Shown: positions 1 through 7,755 of the stretch, in pieces
How positions within the stretch are numbered: position 1 is the stretch's first letter
Layout: each line of letters opens with the position of its first letter
From: Tubiluchus corallicola
Taxonomy: Eukaryota > Animalia > Priapulida
Assembly: GCA_030141605.1 (NCBI GenBank)
Contig: JAQGDQ010000270.1
Coordinates: 281,207-293,820, forward strand
DNA length: 12,614 nucleotides
Direction: 5' to 3'
Notes under the pieces: model-generated
Databases searched by the model: none
Seen by the model: the letters and a program-made list of their open reading frames with translations, nothing else
What the model was told of the DNA's origin: nothing
Translations under genes and position numbers: made by a program

Positions 1-1
1 T

Positions 2-40
2 TGCCTGGTAAGTACTGACCAGAGTAGTGAGTTTTTGTAA
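2..40 (+). CDS. possible 3' end of an upstream gene (…CLVSTDQSSEFL*), stop overlapping the next start
   Basis: Frame 2 is open from the window edge to TAA at 38-40, which overlaps ATG at 40 (TAATG), a typical translational-coupling arrangement. Only 12 codons are visible. Confidence 0.35.
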   Translation, partial: CLVSTDQSSEFL

Positions 41-612
41 TGATGAAACTTAAGGATCTAGTTGTAAAGAACAGGAGTTACCGTAGGTTTAATGAGAGCG
101 TTAGTATTGGCAGGCAGTCGCTTGTTGAGCTAATTGGACTTGCCAGATATGCCGCTTCTGGGCGAAATGCACAGCCTCTGAAGTATATGTTGAGTTATGA
201 AAGAGATAGGAATAGTCTTATTTTTCCTACCTTGACATGGGCGGGCTATTTAAAAGAGTGGGATGGCCCGGTAGAAGGGGAGCGTCCTTCTGCATATATT
301 ATAGTTTTGTTGGATAGGGAGATATCGAATAGCTGCTACTGTGATGATGGTATAGCTATGCAAAATATTTTGCTAGGTGCAGTTGAAAAGGGGCTAGGGG
401 GATGCGTTTTAAGAGCAATAGATAAGGACAGGCTCAAAAAAGTGATGGGTATTTCGGACAGGTATGATGTGCTTGATGTGATTGCCATTGGCAAGCCAGC
501 GGAGGATGTTGTTGTCGAGGACATAAATAGTGAAGGTGATTTTAGATATTACAGGGATTCCGAAGGTGTTCATTACGTTCCAAAACGCACGGTGGATGAG
601 TTAATTATATAG
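40..612 (+). CDS. nitroreductase family protein (FMN-dependent)
   Basis: N-terminal NRSYRRF, A(A)SGRNAQP, DDGIAMQNILLGAVEKGLGGC and terminal IAIGKP…PKR are characteristic nitroreductase-fold motifs. Confidence 0.9.
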   Translation: MMKLKDLVVKNRSYRRFNESVSIGRQSLVELIGLARYAASGRNAQPLKYMLSYERDRNSLIFPTLTWAGYLKEWDGPVEGERPSAYIIVLLDREISNSCYCDDGIAMQNILLGAVEKGLGGCVLRAIDKDRLKKVMGISDRYDVLDVIAIGKPAEDVVVEDINSEGDFRYYRDSEGVHYVPKRTVDELII

Positions 613-626
613 TCATTCCTTAAGAA

Positions 627-691
627 TTAATTTTTGTTGAGATCAAAATTTACTATTTGTATATTTTGGTCTGAGATACAACAAATATTAA
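627..691. repeat. long imperfect hairpin downstream of the nitroreductase stop
   Basis: ttaatttttgttg (627-639) pairs with caacaaatattaa (679-691) at 12/13. agatcaaaat (640-649) pairs with attttggtct (663-672) with one G-T. Inner tac/gta closes a tattt loop. Confidence 0.6.
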
Positions 692-724
692 AAAAAAGTG
701 TACAATTTGCGTTAATGATTACAC

Positions 725-900
725 GACTGTTTTTGAAGTAGTGTCTTCAAAAGGTCAAGCCTGTAAATGCTTTTGATGAAAAACTACGTTTTCTGCTTTG
801 CTATCTTCTCAAAACTCGCCTTTTGAGAAAAGGCTCAAATAGTGAGAAGGTTTTTCGCTTTGCCTTTTGCTGCTTTTCTGTTAAAAGCTTTTATTAGTTT
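725..900. repeat. nested palindromic, REP-like intergenic element
   Basis: Inverted pairs: ttttgaag 731-738/cttcaaaa 745-752; cttctca 805-811/tgagaag 843-849; gcctttt 818-824/aaaaggc 828-834; outer imperfect arms ~758-782/~874-900. Confidence 0.55.
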
Positions 901-918
901 AGGGAGCGCGACTATACA

Positions 919-1043
919 TAGGCCTTTATAAAAGCTTTATCTTTTTTTAATACTCTCTTCAAAGCCCTCATTTGTGTCGACAAGAAGTTGCTTATCATTG
1001 CTTTTCCTCAGCTTAAACCTAAATTTTATCTAACGAAGGTCTC
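919..1043 (+). repeat. MITE-like dispersed repeat, copy A
   Basis: Core aaagccctcatttgtgtcgacaagaagttgcttatcattg…cttttcctcagcttaaac matches copy B at 48 of 60 aligned positions by hand count. Ends taggcctttataa and taacgaaggtctc are degenerate versions of GAGACCTTTGCAA/TTGCAAAGGTCTC. Confidence 0.75.
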
Positions 1044-1135
1044 GTACTGTGAAACGGAAGGGGGTGTTATAAATAAGCTCCTGTTTATTTATCAGTGGCT
1101 TTATAGTTCGTTTCAAGTTTGTAGTTTTTGTGTGT

Positions 1136-2350
1136 TTACACTTTCAATTTTTCTCCTTCTGACTTGGCGATTATCACCGCTCCGCACGAATCGCTCCAAA
1201 CATTAGTAGCTGTTCGAAACATGTCAAGAATCCTGTCAACAGGCAGAATTAGGGCTACCAATTCAAATGGTAGGTTAAAGAGCCCAAGTATTATGGTTAT
1301 CACTACTAGGCTACCCATTGGAATAGCAGCGGTTCCTATACTGGTCAACAGAGCTGTAAGCAAAATTATAATCTGTTCATCAATTCCCATTACTACTCCC
1401 TGTGCCTGTGCAATAAACATTACCACCGCGCTAATATATATGGCTGTTCCATCCATGTTTACTGTAGCTCCAATAGGAAGGGTAAAGTTGGTGACTTTTG
1501 TAGAGACTCCTGATTTTTCATTAACATCCTTCATAGAGAGAGGTAGTGCTGCAGCTGATGAAGCAGTTGAAAAAGCAGTTAGAAGTGGGGTAGCCATATT
1601 GGTAAAGTGCTTAAAGGGCTTGCTTTTGCCTATAAGCTTTGTTATAATGGGTATGGTGATAAAAGAGTGTGTAAAAATTGCCAACAGCACTGTTATTGTG
1701 AAAGCTCCCAGTTTGACTGCTAATTTATCGGGGTTATCCTGCTCCGCTACAACTTTTACTATCAGTCCGAAAATGCCAAATGGAGCAAGTCTGATCACAA
1801 ACATTGTGAGTTTCATGAAAAGACCAAACCCTGCATCGAAAATATTCACCAACAAGCTACGCTGTTTCCCTGTGAGTTTAGCAATAAATACTCCGGATAT
1901 GATAGCAAAAAAAATGATTGAGAGGAGCTCGTTGTCAGCAAAGGATCTAAATATGTTTTCAGGAATAATACCGATCAGGACATTTTTGAGTCCGCTTTGC
2001 TGTCCGCTCAATAGCGGCATATTTTCGATACCTGAGGTATCAACACCTTCTCCCGGGCGTATTAGGTTTACAAAAAAGAGGCCAGATATAATTGCAAGCG
2101 TGCTGGTAACGGCATAATAAGCCATTGTTTTTAGCCCCAGGCGCCCAAAGTGCCCCTCTGAGCCAATGCTGGCAATGCTTGATATGATTGATGTGAGTAT
2201 AAGGGGGATAACTATCATTTTTAACATTCTGATAAATAGTTCCCCTATCCACCCTACATAGGGAGTAACTGGCTTGAAAAATATTCCAACGATCACTGCA
2301 AGTACAAGAGCTATAAGTATTTGCCAGTGTAAGTCAATCTTTTTTATCAT
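1136..2350 (-). CDS. dicarboxylate/amino acid:cation symporter (DAACS/SDF, GltP/GltPh-like), probably glutamate/aspartate
   Basis: Hydrophobic 404-aa protein with the serine-rich FSTASSAAALP motif, GATVNMDGT and TM8 DRILDMFRTATNVWSD. The Arg in MFRT is the residue that binds the side-chain carboxylate in GltPh-type transporters. Confidence 0.93.
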   Translation of the reverse strand: MIKKIDLHWQILIALVLAVIVGIFFKPVTPYVGWIGELFIRMLKMIVIPLILTSIISSIASIGSEGHFGRLGLKTMAYYAVTSTLAIISGLFFVNLIRPGEGVDTSGIENMPLLSGQQSGLKNVLIGIIPENIFRSFADNELLSIIFFAIISGVFIAKLTGKQRSLLVNIFDAGFGLFMKLTMFVIRLAPFGIFGLIVKVVAEQDNPDKLAVKLGAFTITVLLAIFTHSFITIPIITKLIGKSKPFKHFTNMATPLLTAFSTASSAAALPLSMKDVNEKSGVSTKVTNFTLPIGATVNMDGTAIYISAVVMFIAQAQGVVMGIDEQIIILLTALLTSIGTAAIPMGSLVVITIILGLFNLPFELVALILPVDRILDMFRTATNVWSDSCGAVIIAKSEGEKLKV

Positions 2351-2402
2351 ACTTTCATTATAAGAGACAGGTGTTAGTTATCTGCCATTAAAAACTAATT
2401 AA

Positions 2403-2525
2403 TATACCTTTGCAATACTAGTCTTTTTTGCTTAATACTTTTCTTAAAGCCATCATTTGTGTCGGCAAGGAGTAGTTTGTCATCGAGCTTCTCCTCAGTT
2501 TGAACTAATGACTTGCAAAGGTCTC
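2403..2525 (+). repeat. MITE-like dispersed repeat, copy B (best-preserved ends)
   Basis: Perfect 10-bp inverted repeat acctttgcaa (2406-2415)/ttgcaaaggt (2513-2522). The right end reads ttgcaaaggtctc. Shares the core aaagccatcatttgtgtcggcaaggagtagtttgtcatcgagctt. Confidence 0.8.
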
Positions 2526-2545
2526 AATACAATTTCCGGAGTGCT

Positions 2546-2553
2546 CAAAGGTA
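2546..2553 (-). promoter_or_regulatory. candidate Bacteroidota sigma70 -7 element for the symporter
   Basis: CAAAGGTA is TACCTTTG on the minus strand, an exact TAnnTTTG match ~200 bp upstream of the symporter start. The motif is short and can occur by chance. Confidence 0.45.
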
Positions 2554-2635
2554 ATCATAAATTGGATATAATTTATTTTTAGCTCGTCACGGCGGGGATA
2601 TAATCTTTTTTTATTGAGCAGTAAAATGAAAAATT

Positions 2636-2769
2636 GAAATTTTTGCAATACTCGTTTTTATTAATTATTTTGCCAGATACAAAAGTTAACTACCAGCTAG
2701 GAGGAAGTAGTTTTTTATCGAATTTTTTCTCAATCTGAGCCAAGCTATTTTGCTTTACATGTGTGCCTC
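2636..2769 (+). repeat. MITE-like dispersed repeat, copy C (most diverged)
   Basis: Start gaaatttttgcaatactcgtttttattaattatttt aligns with copy D gagatttttgcaaaacacgtctttttgttaataatttt. Later gaagtagttttttatcgaattttttctcaatctgagc aligns with ggagtagtttgtcatcgagcttctcctcagtttgaac. The right boundary is uncertain. Confidence 0.6.
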
Positions 2770-2795
2770 GCTTCTAATTGATTAAAAAAATATAT

Positions 2796-2803
2796 TATAT
2801 TTG
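2796..2803 (+). promoter_or_regulatory. candidate -7 promoter element for fucI
   Basis: TATATTTG(CA) is an exact TAnnTTTG match 50 bp upstream of the ATG. Confidence 0.6.
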
Positions 2804-2853
2804 CAAAAATTCATCTATGCTGTTGTTAATGTTATCTTTATAAATATAGTTTT

Positions 2854-4629
2854 ATGAGCAGACTAATTGGAAAAATGCCCAAGATTGGAATTCGTCCTGT
2901 AATTGATGGCCGTGAAAATGGCGTTCGCGAATCGTTGGAAGTGCAAACAATGAATATGGCAAAGTCTGCTGCTAAGCTTATTTCGGATAAGTTACGTTTT
3001 CCCGGAGGTGAAAAGGTAGAGTGCATTATTTCCGATACGACTATTGGTAGTGCTGCAGAGGCAGCTATGTGTGCAGAGAAGTTTTCTACTCAGGGAGTGG
3101 GAGTCTCCTTAACTGTAACTCCATGCTGGTGTTATGGAACAGAGGTGATGGATACTTGTTCATTACTTCCTAAGGCAGTTTGGGGCTTTAATGGTACAGA
3201 GCGTCCTGGGGCTGTATATCTTGCTGCCGCACTTGCCGGATACACCCAGAAGGGGTTACCTGCATTTGGTATTTATGGTAGAGATGTGCAGGATATGAAT
3301 GACACTTCTATTCCGGAGGATGTTCAGGAGAAGATACTTCGTTTTGTCAATAGTGCACTTGCTGTAGCGCAGATGAGGAATAAGTCATACCTTTCACTAG
3401 GCGGAATGTCTATGGGTATTGCAGGTTCTTTAGTGGACCAGGAATTTTTTCTTGATTATCTGGGTATGCGCACGGAGGTTATAGATATGTCTGAGATAGT
3501 AAGGAGAGTAGAGGAGGGCATATATGATGCAGAGGAGTACAAAAAGGCATTGTCCTGGGTTAAAAAGAACTGTAAAGAGGGGGATGACTTGAATGCTCCC
3601 GGAGTTGCAGCCACAAGAGAACGAAAAGATTATGAGTGGGAGATGGTGGTAAAAATGACTCTTATTGTGCGTGATATGATGATAGGGAACCCGAAGCTCA
3701 AAGAACTTGGGTTTGGTGAGGAGTCATTAGGATGTAATGCTATAGTCGGCGGATTTCAGGGACAGCGACAATGGACCGATCATTTTCCCAATGGTGATTT
3801 TATGGAAGCTATTCTGAATTCATCATTTGACTGGAACGGTACTCGAGAGGCTTTTGTTTTTGCAACCGAGAATGATGCGCTTAATGGTGTAGCTATGCTT
3901 TTTGGGCATCTGCTTACTTCTACAGCCCAGATTTTTTCGGATGTACGCACCTATTGGGGACAAGATGCCGTTAAAAGGGTTACCGGGAAGGAGCTGTCGG
4001 GAAGAGCAGCAAATGGCATTATTCATCTTATCAATTCAGGCTCTACAACACTTGATGCTACTGCAAAGCAAAGAAAGAATGGACGTCCTGCCATGAAGCC
4101 CTATTGGGAAATTACAGATGAGGAGGTCAGAGCGTGCCTTGATGCAACAGATTGGCCTCATGCCAGTTTGGGATACTTTCGGGGAGGAGGTTTTTCTTCC
4201 CATTTTAGAACAGAGGGCGAAATGCCTGTAACCATGTCAAGGGTTAATCTTGTTAAGGGGATAGGTCCGGTAATACAGATTGCAGAGGGATGGACAGTTG
4301 AGCTGCCGGAAGATATTCATAAAGTGCTGGATAAGCGCACTAATCCTACATGGCCTACAACTTGGTTTACTCCTAGACTAACAGGAGAGGGTGCGTTTGC
4401 CGATGTATACACAGTAATGTCGAAATGGGGTGCAAATCATGGGGCGATCTGTTATGGCCATATCGGAGCAGATTTGATTACTATGGCGTCTATTTTGCGT
4501 ATACCGGTCTGCATGCATAATGTCCCTGATGAAAAAGTTTTTAGGCCAAGTGCCTGGAGTGCATTTGGTATGGATATTGAGGGCTCTGACTATCGGGCGT
4601 GCAGTGTATATGGCCCGCTTTATGGTTAA
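2854..4629 (+). CDS. fucI: L-fucose isomerase (also acts on D-arabinose)
   Basis: 591 aa with [33 protein letters not shown] and [10 protein letters not shown]. The catalytic/Mn ligands are present: Glu (ATEND), Asp (FSDVRT) and His (GANHG). Confidence 0.97.
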   Translation: MSRLIGKMPKIGIRPVIDGRENGVRESLEVQTMNMAKSAAKLISDKLRFPGGEKVECIISDTTIGSAAEAAMCAEKFSTQGVGVSLTVTPCWCYGTEVMDTCSLLPKAVWGFNGTERPGAVYLAAALAGYTQKGLPAFGIYGRDVQDMNDTSIPEDVQEKILRFVNSALAVAQMRNKSYLSLGGMSMGIAGSLVDQEFFLDYLGMRTEVIDMSEIVRRVEEGIYDAEEYKKALSWVKKNCKEGDDLNAPGVAATRERKDYEWEMVVKMTLIVRDMMIGNPKLKELGFGEESLGCNAIVGGFQGQRQWTDHFPNGDFMEAILNSSFDWNGTREAFVFATENDALNGVAMLFGHLLTSTAQIFSDVRTYWGQDAVKRVTGKELSGRAANGIIHLINSGSTTLDATAKQRKNGRPAMKPYWEITDEEVRACLDATDWPHASLGYFRGGGFSSHFRTEGEMPVTMSRVNLVKGIGPVIQIAEGWTVELPEDIHKVLDKRTNPTWPTTWFTPRLTGEGAFADVYTVMSKWGANHGAICYGHIGADLITMASILRIPVCMHNVPDEKVFRPSAWSAFGMDIEGSDYRACSVYGPLYG

Positions 4630-4727
4630 AAAAGATAGTGAGGAGAGAGAGTTTGCTGTTAATGTACTACGAGAGTGGTAGTGAGATATTTTTATTTTAA
4701 GACAACAGATATCGCTTTAAATACTGG

Positions 4728-4750
4728 CTACTAAATTTTAAATTTAGTAG
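4728..4750. promoter_or_regulatory. perfect 11-1-11 palindrome, candidate operator
   Basis: CTACTAAATTT-T-AAATTTAGTAG lies in the fucI-to-isomerase spacer. Confidence 0.45.
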
Positions 4751-4880
4751 TGTATAGTAACCAAATATGACTGCTTTTTTTAGCTAGGTAGATGTGCTAC
4801 TAAAGCAGGTAAATAGCTTTAACTTTAGTGTGGGGGATGAGATTTTATTAGTAATAGACAGTTTTAAAAGCAATAAAAAA

Positions 4881-5843
4881 ATGAAGAGAAGGAAGTTTAT
4901 TCAAAATGCGGTACTTGCTGGTGCTGCTACAAGTATTGGACAATCAGCATTTAGTAATGAAAATAGTTATTATGTCTCGAATAGTAAGAGATTTAATTTA
5001 AAGTATGCTCCAGGGTTAGGTTCATTTCCTAATATGGCGGGGAAAGATCCTATAGATGTAATTAAGTTTTGCAGGGATCAGGGCTTTAGGGCAGTTTTCG
5101 ATAATGGGCTGATGAAGAGAAAGTCCAGCTTACAGGAGAAGATTGGGACTACGCTGACTCTCAGAAATATGGATATTGGGCCTTATGTGTTATATGCGGA
5201 CTTTAGTGCTAAGTCGATGGTTTTGGGTACTAAACAGTCCCGGGAGATGTTAAAAAGCAAGCTTAAGAAAGGTATTGAGACTTCCAAGCGAACAGGGGCA
5301 ATGCAGGCCTTGGTTGTGCCTGGGAGATATGATGAGAGATTGGAGTGGGGTTATCAGACTGCTAATGTGGTGGATTGCTTACGTGAGATGAGTGATATTG
5401 CGGAGAAGGCAGGAATCACAATTGTTTTAGAGCCACTTAATCGCTGGGATCACCCCGGGCTTTTCCTTACTGGTATTCCACAGGCATATGCTATTTGTCG
5501 TGCTGTAAATAGCCCGTCGTGTAAAATAGTTAATGATATTTATCATCAACAGATAACTGAAGGCAATATTATTCCTAATATTGACAAGGCCTGGGACGAG
5601 ATAGGAGCATTTCATTTGGGAGACAGCCCGGGTAGGAAAGAACCAGGTACAGGAGAGATAAACTACTTAAATATTTTTAAGCATCTGAAGAGGAAAGGTT
5701 ACGAAGGAATTTTATGCATGGAGCATGGAAAGAGCATTGAAGGCAGAAAGGGAGAAATGGCTTTAATAGCGGCATATAGGAGGGTAGATGATATTGATGC
5801 CACAGGAGGTAGTAACACAAGTAAGTTTCCGGCACAGCTTTGA
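4881..5843 (+). CDS. Tat-exported hydroxypyruvate isomerase-like / xylose-isomerase-like TIM-barrel protein
   Basis: The true start is probably ATG 4881 (A-rich leader; MKRRKF twin-arginine signal) rather than GTG 4794. Metal/catalytic motifs are VLEPLN, DIYHQQ, FHLGDSPGRKEPGTGEINY and MEH. Confidence 0.85.
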   Translation: MKRRKFIQNAVLAGAATSIGQSAFSNENSYYVSNSKRFNLKYAPGLGSFPNMAGKDPIDVIKFCRDQGFRAVFDNGLMKRKSSLQEKIGTTLTLRNMDIGPYVLYADFSAKSMVLGTKQSREMLKSKLKKGIETSKRTGAMQALVVPGRYDERLEWGYQTANVVDCLREMSDIAEKAGITIVLEPLNRWDHPGLFLTGIPQAYAICRAVNSPSCKIVNDIYHQQITEGNIIPNIDKAWDEIGAFHLGDSPGRKEPGTGEINYLNIFKHLKRKGYEGILCMEHGKSIEGRKGEMALIAAYRRVDDIDATGGSNTSKFPAQL

Positions 5844-5860
5844 GAATGTGTCGGTTTTTT
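5829..5860 (+). terminator. intrinsic terminator
   Basis: Stem ccggcaca (5829-5836)/tgtgtcgg (5847-5854), 8 bp with one G-U, followed by six T. Confidence 0.65.
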
Positions 5861-5932
5861 GTGTGAGGGGAAATTTTTCTGACACTGTTTCACAAAGTGT
5901 GTAAACTAAAAAAATGCCGAGGGTTTGGCTAT

Positions 5933-7129
5933 TTATAGCTGGACCCTTTTTTCAAATATAACTAAGAACTGATTCAAGACAATGCCCCAATTTCTGATTG
6001 GCATTGACCATTTTTTAGTTGCTTCTCTGGTTGCCAAAAATACAGATTTCATTACAGCCTGGTCTGACGGGAATGAAAGTTTGTTTTTTGTGTATTTTCT
6101 GATTTTTCCGTTGAGATTCTCAATCAGGTTGGTTGTATAAATTATCTTTCTGATTTCCAGCGGAAACTCAAAGAATACTGTTAGGTCTTCCCAGTTGTCT
6201 CGCCAGCTTTTAATTGCGTAAGAGTATTTATCCTCCCAAGCTGATGCAAAATCTTCTAAAGCTGCTTTTGCAGCCTCTTTTGTAGGGGCATTATAGATTT
6301 GCTTCATATCTTTTGTAAATGCCTTTTTATCTTTCCAAACTACGTATCTGCTTGCGTTACGGATTTGATGAACAACACATATTTGTGTTTTCGATTCAGG
6401 GAAAACAGTTCGGATAGTATCTGTAAAACCATTCAAGTTATCTGTTGCCGTAATCAGGATATCGTTAACTCCACGAGCTTTCATATCGGTAAGTACGTTC
6501 ATCCAAAAGGCAGCGGACTCACTCTTGCCCAACCATAAGCCAAGAACCTCTTTTTTCCCATCTCTGCGAAGTCCTACGGCAATGTAAACGGTTTTGTTGA
6601 CGACCTTAGAGTTCTCCCGCACTTTAAATACAATGCCATCCATCCAAACAATTAGGTATACAATTTCCAGAGGTCGGTTCTGCCACGCTACAATGTCGTT
6701 GGTGACTGAATCGGTAATCCTTGATATGGTGGATGTAGAAACTTCAAAACCGTATAGCTCCCGAATTTGCTCTTCAATATCGCTATTACTCATTCCTTTA
6801 GCATAAAACGAAACAATGATATTCTCTAAGCCATCGACCATGTTCCCTCCTTTGGGTACAATCATCGGATTAAACGAAGCATCACGGTCTCGGGGAACCT
6901 GAATGTTGGATTCTCCCAGAGTGGTTCGGACTCTCTTCTCTGAATAGCCATTGCGGGCATTCTGATTATCCGATTTTTGATTCTTATCATAGCCTAAATG
7001 ACCATCGAGTTCTCCTTCAAGCATCTTTTCAATGCCTCGTTTTTGGAGCTCTTGTAAAAAACCATTGAGCTCTTCCCCTGAATTAAACTGTTCAAGGAAA
7101 TCATCATTTAATAAATCTTCTTTTTTCAT
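5933..7129 (-). CDS. IS256 family (Mutator-like) DDE transposase
   Basis: Uninterrupted 398 aa with RNGY, VPRDR, WMDG (D), ATDNL (D), CVVHQIRN and YTTNLIE (E). Confidence 0.96.
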   Translation of the reverse strand: MKKEDLLNDDFLEQFNSGEELNGFLQELQKRGIEKMLEGELDGHLGYDKNQKSDNQNARNGYSEKRVRTTLGESNIQVPRDRDASFNPMIVPKGGNMVDGLENIIVSFYAKGMSNSDIEEQIRELYGFEVSTSTISRITDSVTNDIVAWQNRPLEIVYLIVWMDGIVFKVRENSKVVNKTVYIAVGLRRDGKKEVLGLWLGKSESAAFWMNVLTDMKARGVNDILITATDNLNGFTDTIRTVFPESKTQICVVHQIRNASRYVVWKDKKAFTKDMKQIYNAPTKEAAKAALEDFASAWEDKYSYAIKSWRDNWEDLTVFFEFPLEIRKIIYTTNLIENLNGKIRKYTKNKLSFPSDQAVMKSVFLATREATKKWSMPIRNWGIVLNQFLVIFEKRVQL

Positions 7130-7158
7130 TACTGTCTAAAGTTTTAAAATTAAACAAA

Positions 7159-7190
7159 AAAATGCCGAGGGTTGCAACCCTCGGCATTTT
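7159..7190. repeat. perfect 32-bp palindrome inside the IS end upstream of the transposase
   Basis: AAAATGCCGAGGGTTG|CAACCCTCGGCATTTT. Confidence 0.9.
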
Positions 7191-7240
7191 CTATTTACAC
7201 AGTTTATGAGATAGTGCTATTTTTCTCAGTCTAATACTCC

Positions 7241-7267
7241 TCTCCAACTTCTCCAACCTCTCCAAAA
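7241..7267 (+). repeat. 3 x 9-bp imperfect tandem repeat
   Basis: tctccaact / tctccaacc / tctccaaaa. Confidence 0.6.
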
Positions 7268-7755
7268 TGTTTTATCTTTTTTTGCCCAATACTTGTGTCT
7301 TATGCTGTATAATCAGCTGGTAACAATACTGATGGGTCATTATTTTCAGAAAGATTAAAAGGCTTTAAGCTTATCTCAGTATCAAAGCTGCGACCCCAAC
7401 AGGTGTCTAGCCCTCCATATCGTTAGTGGCGCGAGAGTTGTTGTGGTCTACAGTGGTTGCAACGTTCAGTGTCTGTATAGTCTTTTTTGTCAATGCTTCT
7501 GTGCAGGCTTTGAAGAGTGCTCCTACTATAACAATATACGCCGGGACATCTATAAATCATTCGCAGTGATATACGTTTTTTAGCCGATTCAGTATCTTGC
7601 TGTCAGTAAGTATAATAAAGGGCACCGAGGCACCTAGTTTAAGCTGATGGCGCGATCTTTTCAACTTTTAAAGCCTGCTCCAACTTCTCTTTTTCAATCT
7701 ACTTGTTAAAGTATTTGCGGTTAGAGTAGCGCTTTTTTTGCAAGTTTCAGAAAGC

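Larger units (their letters stand above)
5881..7218 (-). mobile_element. complete IS256-family insertion sequence (1,338 bp)
   Basis: TIR GACACTGTTTCACAAAGTGTGTAAA (5881-5905) versus the reverse complement of 7194-7218, AGCACTATCTCATAAACTGTGTAAA, matches 19/25. The 8-bp direct repeat ATTTTTCT sits at 5873-5880 and 7219-7226. One transposase ORF is enclosed. Confidence 0.95.

Noticed and set aside
988-1206. 72-aa ORF
   Set aside because: It starts with TTG inside repeat copy A, overlaps the symporter 3' end and has no motif.
1128-2117. 329-aa plus-strand ORF
   Set aside because: It is antisense to the well-supported symporter, starts with TTG and has no recognisable motif. Long shadow ORFs are common opposite real genes.
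4794-4880. N-terminal extension of the isomerase ORF from GTG 4794
   Set aside because: ATG 4881 has an A-rich leader and places the twin-arginine signal at the N-terminus.
7455-7462. gttgcaac matching the centre of the IS palindrome
   Set aside because: Only 8 bp with no flanking similarity to the IS.
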